A stretch of DNA of 64,000 bases. Source: Myxococcota bacterium. Its GTDB lineage: Bacteria; Myxococcota_A; UBA796; UBA2385. Position numbers and translations under genes: made by a program. Positions within the stretch are counted from its first letter, which is position 1, and each line of letters starts with the position of its first letter. Of the stretch, positions 27,969-36,373 are shown one piece after another. The notes beneath the pieces are model-generated. The model was not told the DNA's origin. It did no database searches and saw only the letters and a program-made list of their open reading frames with translations. The stretch is taken from the NCBI GenBank assembly GCA_044344255.1, contig JBIJDH010000020.1:85758-149757 (forward strand), given 5' to 3'.

Positions 27969-29675
27969 TCAGTACGTCCAGAAGGCGGGATCTCGGATCC
28001 AGACGGTGAGGAGGCTCGTCCAGGCCGCGAGCGGACCCTGCTCGGACTCCACGGCGGTCCACAGGGCCTCGTCCCGCACCAGCTCCACGGCATCCGGCCT
28101 CTGGCCATGGATGCGTCGATGCAGCGCGGTGAGCTCCGCGGTGAAGGCCTCGTCGCCGGGCCGGTCATCGAGGGTGATGGCCCCGAAGAGGGAGCGCGCC
28201 GCCCCCTCCGTGCCGAGCTCCTTCGCCACCACGGTCTCCGCGGCGGCCTCGGCGAGGCGCTTCATCACGAGGGCCCGGGTGAGCGTGGGCTCGCGCTCCG
28301 GCTGGGTGGTGTCATGGCCATCCATGCCGCCGGCCAAGACCCGGAAGCCGTAGACATCGTTCGTCAGCTCGTCGTAGCCGGTCCAGGTCCACTTGAAGCC
28401 GGTGAGATCGGCGACCGCCGACTCGAGCACCTCCGGGGCGAGGAGACGGCGGGTGGAGAGGCGGTTCTCCTCCTCCGCAGGGGCGCCGTCGAGCAGGCTC
28501 CCCACCCGATAATCCTCCCCCTTCACGAGCGCCTGGATCAGCACCTTGTGTCGCAGCCCCCCCGCCTCGAAGGTTGCCTGCACCGACTGGAGCGTTGAAA
28601 AATCACCGAGGTCTATCGGGCGCCGCCAGAGCGCCTTGGCCATGGTCTGCACGGCGCAGCTCTTGAAGCGCGGGTCAGCGGCCAGCATGGGGCCCAGATC
28701 CGCGGCGTCCGCCATCGGCTGACCGAACCAGGCCATATCCTCATCGAGGTAGTATTTTCCAAGCCCCTCCCTCTCGGGGTGGTACCGCACCACATCCTCC
28801 GGAGAGTACATATCGAACCACCAGAAGCCGAACATGGAGGCGGCGAGGGGATCGAGGGTGCTATGGCAGGTGACACAGGCAGGGTTGGTCTCGATGGCCT
28901 CATCGACGCTGCCTCCGTCGAGGATCTCAACCGCGTCGAACTGGATGGGGCGCGTGAGATAGTCTTCGCAGAGGAAGAGGCGGGACAGGGCCGCGGCCCG
29001 GCTGCGATTGAAATTGCTCGGGGTGGTGAAGTACCGCCACCACAGGCCGTTCGTGGTCACGACACCGCCGGCCGGGCGATCATCGGTGTATCGGGCCACC
29101 CGCCACTCCTCCCCGACATCGGTCTCGTCCAGGGGCTCCAGGGGATAGAGCCAGAAGAGCATGTCATTCGCCATCGTGTAATCGGCGGTGGCCACGTCGG
29201 TCCAGGGCAGATCGCGCGTGGCGATATGGGCCATGAGACGGGGGGGCTCGTTGCCAATGGCGCGCAGGTAGGCGAAGTCCTGGTCGGGCGGCAGCCCCCA
29301 CTCCCAGGAGCGGATGTTGAATTCCTCATTTCTTGTGAGGAGCTGCTCCGCGAAGAGATCGACCAGCCGCCCCTCGTAGCGGGGGTCGTCCAGAAAGCCC
29401 TCGATCATGCTGTCCACGAGAGCGGGATCGGCCGCTACCGCATCGAGCTCGGCGAGGGTGGGCACCACGCCGCGGAGGTCGAGGCTGGCCCGGCGGAGCA
29501 GCGCAGGAGCGGGGAGCGAGGCCCCATAAAAGGTCGCCGCCGGGCGTGAGTCCGGTGGGGAGTCCGGTGGGGAGCCCTCCCCTCCTTCATCGGGGACCGT
29601 CGAGGGGGGGGTGGGACCGCTCTCGCACGCGACCATCAGGAGGGGCAGCCAGACAAGGTGTAACCGGCGAGTCAT
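27969..29675 (-). CDS. PSD/DUF1549-DUF1588-like heme-binding lipoprotein
   Basis: Lipobox-like MVAC; LLRRASLDLRGVVPT; CVTCHSTLDPLA; immediately upstream of the DUF1501 gene. Confidence 0.75.
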   Translation of the reverse strand: MTRRLHLVWLPLLMVACESGPTPPSTVPDEGGEGSPPDSPPDSRPAATFYGASLPAPALLRRASLDLRGVVPTLAELDAVAADPALVDSMIEGFLDDPRYEGRLVDLFAEQLLTRNEEFNIRSWEWGLPPDQDFAYLRAIGNEPPRLMAHIATRDLPWTDVATADYTMANDMLFWLYPLEPLDETDVGEEWRVARYTDDRPAGGVVTTNGLWWRYFTTPSNFNRSRAAALSRLFLCEDYLTRPIQFDAVEILDGGSVDEAIETNPACVTCHSTLDPLAASMFGFWWFDMYSPEDVVRYHPEREGLGKYYLDEDMAWFGQPMADAADLGPMLAADPRFKSCAVQTMAKALWRRPIDLGDFSTLQSVQATFEAGGLRHKVLIQALVKGEDYRVGSLLDGAPAEEENRLSTRRLLAPEVLESAVADLTGFKWTWTGYDELTNDVYGFRVLAGGMDGHDTTQPEREPTLTRALVMKRLAEAAAETVVAKELGTEGAARSLFGAITLDDRPGDEAFTAELTALHRRIHGQRPDAVELVRDEALWTAVESEQGPLAAWTSLLTVWIRDPAFWTY

Positions 29676-30706
29676 GGTCGCCCCTGCGCAGCCACGAGGG
29701 TGGCGAGCGCGTCGAGCAGCGCCGGCCCCGGACAGAGCTCCCCCTGGTCCTGCCCATGCCAGGTGAAGGGCCCACAACCGCCGCATTCGGACAGGGTGAC
29801 CGAGAACCAATGGCCCCCTGGATCTCGAACACCGATGAGCCCCATCGGATCTCCACTGCAGACCGTCGTGTCGGTGACGAGCCCGGTGAACATGATATCC
29901 GCGGCCGGATTTCCAATCCCACCATCCAGCTGGAAGCGGGAGGTGTCCTCCCCATCCGAGGCGATCACAAAGAGGCCGACCTCCGCCTCGGCGCCGAGCC
30001 AGGTGGGATCGTCGTCCCGATGAAAGACCCCACCGGTGGCCGAGGTCCACTGATAGGTGCCGGTCTCATCAACGCTCCCGTCGAGCTCCAGCGTGCCGGC
30101 CCCCATGAGCTCCCGTCCGTCGACCTCGGTGATGGTGTAGTTGGTGAGCGCGTGAATGACCCAGGACATATCCGTATGTTCTTCAAAGTATTGGCTGAGC
30201 CCATGATACCGCACACCGGCGATCGAGGTACAATCCCCCTGCCACTCCCCCTGGGCGCCGATGTCGTCCTCATCGTCCTTGAGAGGGCAGGAGGAGTCAG
30301 ACCAGGTCATCAGCTCCTCATACGCATCCCGAATGGGGATGGCGTTGGGGATGCCGCCCTCCAGCGCCGCCTCAAGGGCCGCTCCGGCCTCCTCCGCCGT
30401 CCAGACGGGGCTCCCGGGATCGATCCACGCTCCGCCCTCGGAGGCGCTGTCGGTGCCACCCCCATCCCCCGCGTCACCGCCATCGCCACCGTCCCCGCCG
30501 TCGGCCGGCTCTCCTTCGTCCTCGGTGAGGTGACACAGGCCGTCCGACTCGAACCGCGTGGAGCCCGCGGGGCAGGGGGCCGGGCCACAGCCCCCCATCG
30601 CGACGATCAGGAAGCCGGACGCAGCGCCCCAAGTCAGCCGGAAGCCGTCCCACCAGCCGGGGCGGGGGCCCAGCAAGCGCCTGGGGTGTTGAAGGGGGCT
30701 CGACAT
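29672..30706 (-). CDS. Hypothetical acidic Cys-containing exported protein or lipoprotein
   Basis: Hydrophobic segment then GGC, DGGDGG linker, several Cys pairs; ATGA overlap with the downstream gene. Confidence 0.7.
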   Translation of the reverse strand: MSSPLQHPRRLLGPRPGWWDGFRLTWGAASGFLIVAMGGCGPAPCPAGSTRFESDGLCHLTEDEGEPADGGDGGDGGDAGDGGGTDSASEGGAWIDPGSPVWTAEEAGAALEAALEGGIPNAIPIRDAYEELMTWSDSSCPLKDDEDDIGAQGEWQGDCTSIAGVRYHGLSQYFEEHTDMSWVIHALTNYTITEVDGRELMGAGTLELDGSVDETGTYQWTSATGGVFHRDDDPTWLGAEAEVGLFVIASDGEDTSRFQLDGGIGNPAADIMFTGLVTDTTVCSGDPMGLIGVRDPGGHWFSVTLSECGGCGPFTWHGQDQGELCPGPALLDALATLVAAQGRP

Positions 30707-31077
30707 TCATTGACTCTACCACGGGTCCCGGGGAGCTGCCCCGCGCAGGCCAGCGCCCCATGGAGGGCCGAGCTCAGCCGCCTGGAGGTTGGGTCCAGGT
30801 CTCTCCCTCGCTCCGACCCGGATGGTGGATCTCCTCTCCTCTTCGGGGTAGCCCTCCACGTCCTCTTGAGGAGGTGGCAGGTGGACGGCGCGCGACTCCG
30901 GGCGATGTTGAACGGGATGCTCAAACAGGGCGTGGGCGGCTGGACGACCCTGCACGTCCGCCGCTCCCTCGCCGACGCCGTCGCCGAGGCGGCCGACAAG
31001 GACAGGACGGCCGGCCACGCCCAGGTGGCCGCCCTGCTGGGCGCGCCCTTCCAAGCTCTGCCGCCCGCGAGCCCTCC

Positions 31078-31197
31078 ATGAAACAAGCGCTCCCCTGGCT
31101 CCTCGGGGCCGCCCTCGTCGTGGTCGCGGTGGCCGCCTACCTGCTGTGGTCGGCCCCGGCGGAGAACACCCTGCCAACCGTCTACGGGGTCTTCTGA
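31078..31197 (+). CDS. 39-aa single-TM peptide, DltX-like (C-terminal TVYGVF)
   Basis: MKQALPWLLGAALVVVAVAAYLLWSAPAENTLPTVYGVF; stop overlaps the SGNH start (TGATG). Confidence 0.7.
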   Translation: MKQALPWLLGAALVVVAVAAYLLWSAPAENTLPTVYGVF

Positions 31198-32198
31198 TGC
31201 ACCCCGACCAGCTCCGCCGGGCGGCCGTCGCCGTCATCGTCCTCGCCCTCCTCGTCGCCGGGGGGGTCACCCTCCAGCGCCACCGCAACCGCATCATCAG
31301 CGATCCGATCACCCGGGAGGCGCCGGAATTAGGCGGGCGGGCCCAGGTGCTCATCCCTAACCTCCAGGGGGCCACCGTCTGGGTGCCCGATCGCCCCCAT
31401 GACCCCTCCGAGCTGCGCGGCGACGACCGCTTCGAGCGCATCCGCCGCCTGCGCAGCTTCCAGGTGTGGACCAACAGCATCGGCCTCCGGGGCCCCGAGC
31501 TGGCCAACCCCCGCACCGGCCCGCGCATCCTCTGCCTCGGCGACTCGGTCACCTTCGGCTGGGGCGTGCCCTACGAGGAGAGCTACCCCGCCCGCCTCGC
31601 CGCCAAGCTCGGCCTGGAGGTGGTCGACGCCGGCGTGCCCGCCATGAGGCCGCACAGCATCGCCAACTGGGCCCAAGGCCACGCCGCCGCCCTGCAGCCC
31701 GACCTCGTGATCTTCACGAGCCGGCCGGACTGGTCAGAGCCCGAGGCCGTGCTCGGCTACCAGCGGGCCGTCCGCCAGGTGCAGCAGAGCATCGGCCGGG
31801 CCCGGCTCGTCATCGTGATGCCGGCCGTCAGCACCTTCGACCCCAAGGGCTCCCAGGTCTACGCCCAGGAGGCCGCCGAGGTGCGCGCCGCCCTGCCCGA
31901 CGTGCCCCTCATCGACCTCACCGGCGCCTTTCGCGCGGCCCTGCCCCTGCCCGGTGTGATCATGGAGCAGTCCGACGGGCACCAGCGGGTCTACGATCTG
32001 CCCGGACACAGCCTGCGCATCGACGCGATCGCACCCCAGGTGGGCCTCGCCCCCGAGATCGTCGCGATGTTTGAGGATGACCCCAACGTCGCCGAGCCGC
32101 TCTTCTACGACGGCGGCCACCCCGACACGGCCGGCTACGCCCTCTTCGCCGACACCCTCGCCGCCTGGTTGGGCGAGCAGGGCCTCGTCCCTCGCTGA
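31197..32198 (+). CDS. SGNH/GDSL-family protein, membrane-anchored
   Basis: ILCLGDSVTFGWG, DAGVPA, DGGHP. Confidence 0.9.
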   Translation: MHPDQLRRAAVAVIVLALLVAGGVTLQRHRNRIISDPITREAPELGGRAQVLIPNLQGATVWVPDRPHDPSELRGDDRFERIRRLRSFQVWTNSIGLRGPELANPRTGPRILCLGDSVTFGWGVPYEESYPARLAAKLGLEVVDAGVPAMRPHSIANWAQGHAAALQPDLVIFTSRPDWSEPEAVLGYQRAVRQVQQSIGRARLVIVMPAVSTFDPKGSQVYAQEAAEVRAALPDVPLIDLTGAFRAALPLPGVIMEQSDGHQRVYDLPGHSLRIDAIAPQVGLAPEIVAMFEDDPNVAEPLFYDGGHPDTAGYALFADTLAAWLGEQGLVPR

Positions 32199-32210
32199 GT
32201 CAGCGCCCCC

Positions 32211-33062
32211 TTAGGGAAGCGGCGCCCAACGTCCATCGGACAGGGCCGCGGCCGCGGTCTGGGCCAGCGCGGCATGACCCGCCGCCGTCAGGTGGATGGG
32301 ATCGGTCGTAAAGAAGGCGCTGGCCGGCATCTCCGGGGCAAAGGTGGGCCCCACCGACCGCGCCGCTTCGATGTAGGCGGTGAGCGGGGTCGGCTGGGGA
32401 AAGACCATCAGATACACCGCCGCCGGCCGGGCCGCGACCGCGAGGGCGCGCAGGTTCTCGGCGAACTGGGCCGGGCTCACCCGCGCCACCACCCCCGCCG
32501 CCGCGGGGGGCGCCGGCCGCGAGCCGCGCAGCAGGCGGATCAGCGACAATTGCGCGCCCGGCGGCGTCGGCTGAGCGACGGCGTCCTCCTGGGGCGCCAT
32601 TTGGGCGTCACGCACCCCAAAGGCGAGGATCAACCGAGTTGGATGCAGGGCCAGCAGCGTCGCCCCCGCCCGCCGCGCCTGGGCGGTGGACCAGCCCGGC
32701 ACCCCACCATTGACCACCGCCGCGCCGCTCTCCGCTGCGAGGCGGGCCGGCCAGGCCTCGGTCGCCGCCACCCCCCAGCCAAAGCTCGTGCTGCAGCCCA
32801 TCACCAGGGTGAAGGGCCCGTCGGCCGGCGGCGGATCGCCGCGCAGGCCAAGGGAATTGGTGACCACCCGAAAGGAGCCCTCCCCGCCCGGCACAGGCCG
32901 ATCGAGGCCGGGCCGCAGGGTCCAGGCCCAGACGAGGTCGCCATCGTAGAGGCCCCGGTCCGGCAGCCCCGCCAGCCGCAGCCCCCCCTCCACCAGGCCG
33001 AGGAGGCCGATGGTCACGATCCCGCCGAGGATCGGCTTCATCCAGGTGGGGATCCCAGCCAT
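32211..33062 (-). CDS. SGNH/GDSL-family protein
   Basis: TNSLGLRG, VMGCSTSFGWG, NGGVPGWST, DPIHL. Confidence 0.88.
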   Translation of the reverse strand: MAGIPTWMKPILGGIVTIGLLGLVEGGLRLAGLPDRGLYDGDLVWAWTLRPGLDRPVPGGEGSFRVVTNSLGLRGDPPPADGPFTLVMGCSTSFGWGVAATEAWPARLAAESGAAVVNGGVPGWSTAQARRAGATLLALHPTRLILAFGVRDAQMAPQEDAVAQPTPPGAQLSLIRLLRGSRPAPPAAAGVVARVSPAQFAENLRALAVAARPAAVYLMVFPQPTPLTAYIEAARSVGPTFAPEMPASAFFTTDPIHLTAAGHAALAQTAAAALSDGRWAPLP

Positions 33063-33081
33063 GCGCGCCTCCCGGGCAGCC

Positions 33082-34182
33082 TCAACCACCGCCGTCGAGC
33101 AGGTCCATCTGTACGCTCGGACCGCCGAGCGTACCCATGCCATCGAAGGGATCGGAGGGGGCGATCACCGGGGCGGTCTCGCTTGCCACAGGGGCACGGG
33201 CGGGCCAGCCCGCCTGGACCAGGGCATCGGCCACCCCCTCTGCGAGGAGGCGACAGGCGTCGGCGGTGGGGTGCAGCTCATCCTGAAAGAGCGCGCGGCT
33301 CGGGAGGCCACTCGACCGATAGATCGACAGGGCCTCCACCCGCGGCACATGGTGCGCCTCGGCGACCGCGGACTGTACTGCGAAATAAGGAGCCCACTCC
33401 TGGCTCGACTGGAGCCCGTCCTGCAACATCGGCGCGTTGGCGAGCGTGAGCACCACGACCCCCACACCCCGCTCCCGCGCCCCATCGAACATGGCACTCA
33501 GGTTGCGAGCATAATCAGCGAGGGGCACCCGACGGACGCCCCGCTGGCCGGGGGTGGGCCAAGCGATCTTTCGAGCGGCCGGTCGACCGAGGGCCCGATT
33601 GACCCCCATCCGGGTCTGTCGGAAGAGGGCGCTGTGGACGAGCAGCCGCTCCACTCGCGCCATCGGGCTCCCCGCCGCGCGTAAGAGGTCGGCATCCCGA
33701 AAGGCGTCGAGGTTCGAGTCGCTCCACAGATTCCCGACGATGAGCGTGTGGGGCTGCATCTCCCACCCGACCTCCTGGAGCGCCGCGAGGGTCTGCACCG
33801 TGGAGTAGCCGGGGACCGCGAGGGTCCCGACCCGGGCGGAGATGGACCTCGCGTTCAGCACAACCTGGAGCTGATCGTGCAAGGTCTTGCCGTCGGGGAG
33901 GCCGTCGCCGAAGATGCTGGAGTCACCGGTGCTGAGGAGGAGGGGGGCCCCCGCCGGGCCGGGTGCGTGGACAGCCCGGTTTCCTTCACGGCTCAGCCGA
34001 TAAAACGGAGGCCCACGGTCATCAGGGGGGGGCTCCCCCAGGGCCCAGATTCGGGTGGGATCGGGGTTGAGCACGATGCCACGGGCCGGCGGGGTGGGAT
34101 CGGGCAGCACCCGCGCGATGAGCTCGGCCAGGAGCACCAGGAGGAGGCCGATCCCGAGCGCGCCCAGCCGACGACGGTTCAT
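33082..34182 (-). CDS. SGNH/GDSL-family protein
   Basis: TGDSSIFG, AVPGYST, DELHP; N-terminal TM segment. Confidence 0.88.
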   Translation of the reverse strand: MNRRRLGALGIGLLLVLLAELIARVLPDPTPPARGIVLNPDPTRIWALGEPPPDDRGPPFYRLSREGNRAVHAPGPAGAPLLLSTGDSSIFGDGLPDGKTLHDQLQVVLNARSISARVGTLAVPGYSTVQTLAALQEVGWEMQPHTLIVGNLWSDSNLDAFRDADLLRAAGSPMARVERLLVHSALFRQTRMGVNRALGRPAARKIAWPTPGQRGVRRVPLADYARNLSAMFDGARERGVGVVVLTLANAPMLQDGLQSSQEWAPYFAVQSAVAEAHHVPRVEALSIYRSSGLPSRALFQDELHPTADACRLLAEGVADALVQAGWPARAPVASETAPVIAPSDPFDGMGTLGGPSVQMDLLDGGG

Positions 34183-34250
34183 TCCTGCTCCCTCCCAGGC
34201 GGCGAAGCGTAGCCCAACCCAGGCAGGGGGGCACATGCTAGGATGCCGCG

Positions 34251-35837
34251 ATGAACTCCTCGCCGCTGCTGCTCCTCACCCTCTGCCTGTCCTGTGGCGG
34301 GGAGACCCGCCCTACCCCACCCGCACCGGTCGGACCGCCGCCGGGCAAGCCCGCGGGTTCAGGTGGCCCCGGAACGCCGGGGGGGAGGGCATCTTTCGAC
34401 CCCGGGCCGGAGAACCTCACCGACGCCTGGACCGCCGAGCTCGGCGCCGCCGTCGATCCCATACCCCAACCGCCAACCTGCCCGGACGCCGATCAAGACG
34501 GCTTCTTCGCCGCCACCGCCTGCCCGGGTGCCGATGCCGCCACCCTGGACTGCGATGACCAGGACCCCACGGTCACCCCCGCGACCGAGCGCTGGGTCCG
34601 GCCCGGGCCCTTCCTCATGGGCAGCAGCTCCACTCAGGCCGGGGCCGACGAAAAGCCCGTCCACGTCGTGCAGATGTCGGGCTACTGCCTCGAGCGAACC
34701 GAGGCTTCGGTGGCCGATCTCGCCGCCTGGTTCCTCTCTACCGGCCGGAAGCCCGAAGGCGCCGATGTGCGCAGCCTCGACACCGACGGCCGGGCCGAGC
34801 TTGGCCGGGAGGCCCAGCCCGCCGAAGGGCTCACCTGGGCCGAAGCAGACGCCTTCTGTCGCAGCCGCGGCAAGGCCCTCCCCACGGAGGCCCAGTGGGA
34901 GAAGGCAGCCCGCGGCGGCTGCGAGCTCGGAAGCAGCCCCACAGCCTGTGACCCGGCCGACCTCCGGCCCTATCCCTGGGGGGACGCGGCCCCCACCTGC
35001 GCCCTCGCCAATCACCAGCACACCGGGGGGGGAGTGCCTACGCTCTGTGTCTCCGATACGAGTCCGGCGAATGATCCCGCCGCCAACCTGGGCCCGTATG
35101 GGCATCAGAACCTGGCCGGCAATGTGTGGGAATATACGGCCGACCTCTGGCACCCCCATGTGTATGGCCCCGGCCGGAGAGACCCCGGTGGCCCGACCCC
35201 GGGCGCCTCTGCGCTGCCCCATGTGTTACGCGGCGGCGGCTGGAACACCTTCTCCACCAATATGCGGGTGGCCAATCGATTCACCGACCTCGTCATGGGC
35301 TCCGCGGTGGGTGTCCGCTGTGCGCGCCCCACGGTGGAGCCGGTTCCTGACCAGCCGGTTCCGCTTCAAATGGTCAAGGTGTCGGGCACCCTGAAGCGGG
35401 ATGAGGGCAGCTTCACGGGCCGCGCCGTCTATGTTGTCGCCTTCGACAATGAGGACGCTGACCCCCAAAGCGGAATGGTACCGCCGGGGCGCTCACCGGT
35501 CGCGGAGCGGCGCTTCCCGCCGAGCGGCGCGACGGAGCAGGAATTCAGCATCGACGTCCCGGCCGGGGCCAGCTATCGAATTTTCGCCTCCTTCGACGAC
35601 GGCACAGGGAATGACAAAGACGCCTATCGCTCCTCCTCGGGGAGCGGCGGCATCGGGATGGTGCAAGAGAGCATCTCAACCGTCTCCGGCCCGGTCGAAG
35701 GGATCTCCATCACCATCGCAAAGATGCCCAAGCCGCCTCCCGGAGGTCGTCCGCCGGGGCCACCGCCCGATGGACAGGGTCCGCCGGGGCCACCGCCCAA
35801 TGGACAAGGTCCGCCGAATGGGAGCCCGCCTCGGTGA
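34251..35837 (+). CDS. FGE-sulfatase-domain lipoprotein with MopE-like Cys/Asp motif
   Basis: Lipobox-like CLSC; CPDADQDGF...DCDDQDP; LPTEAQWEKAARG; LAGNVWEY; RGGGW; GVRCAR. Confidence 0.88.
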   Translation: MNSSPLLLLTLCLSCGGETRPTPPAPVGPPPGKPAGSGGPGTPGGRASFDPGPENLTDAWTAELGAAVDPIPQPPTCPDADQDGFFAATACPGADAATLDCDDQDPTVTPATERWVRPGPFLMGSSSTQAGADEKPVHVVQMSGYCLERTEASVADLAAWFLSTGRKPEGADVRSLDTDGRAELGREAQPAEGLTWAEADAFCRSRGKALPTEAQWEKAARGGCELGSSPTACDPADLRPYPWGDAAPTCALANHQHTGGGVPTLCVSDTSPANDPAANLGPYGHQNLAGNVWEYTADLWHPHVYGPGRRDPGGPTPGASALPHVLRGGGWNTFSTNMRVANRFTDLVMGSAVGVRCARPTVEPVPDQPVPLQMVKVSGTLKRDEGSFTGRAVYVVAFDNEDADPQSGMVPPGRSPVAERRFPPSGATEQEFSIDVPAGASYRIFASFDDGTGNDKDAYRSSSGSGGIGMVQESISTVSGPVEGISITIAKMPKPPPGGRPPGPPPDGQGPPGPPPNGQGPPNGSPPR

Positions 35838-36324
35838 GCGCCGAGCGACTGCTCCTGACCCTCAGCCTCCTTGGGGCCTGCGGGGGCGCCTCGCAGGAGG
35901 CCCCGGTCGCCCGTGCGCCCTCCACCCCCCGGCGGGGCTACATCTCGGGCGGAGACGGCAGCGCCGCTGGGCGCGTGGTGACCTTCCGCGGCCGGACGAG
36001 GTGCAGGACGACACCTGGCGCGCGGCGGCCCACTACACCCCCGAGCTCCGCCTCATCGGCGCCGAGCCCGCCTTCGACCTGGGTAGCTACCACCTCGGAG
36101 AGGCCGCCCGCGGGCTGCTCGCCCTCCGCGCCCGCCCCGAGGACGACGCCCTCGTCGCCCCCCTCCGCCACCCGCCGGTGACGCCCGTGCGCGCCCCGAC
36201 GGCAGAGGCCCTCTGCGCGCCCTGGCAGCGCGCCTGGGCCGGCTCACAGGAGCGCCCCGTCGAGGAGCTCCCCGACCTGGCACAGCGCGTACTGAGCGTG
36301 GGTCGGTATCCGTCCCCGGCGTAA
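35834..36324 (+). pseudogene. Frameshifted or deleted lipoprotein remnant sharing its signal peptide with the downstream A2M copy 2
   Basis: Starts SAERLLLTLSLLGACGGASQEAPV (35834 frame); the coding-like tail DEVQDDTWRAAAHY...YPSPA* is in a different frame. Confidence 0.55.
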
Positions 36325-36373
36325 GGGCCGCCCCCGCTGAGCGTTAGGCTCGGGTCACCGCCCCGAGGTCCCG

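Noticed and set aside
13987..36373. Prophage, ICE or composite transposon
   Set aside because: No integrase, transposase, phage or conjugation genes and no terminal inverted repeats were recognised.
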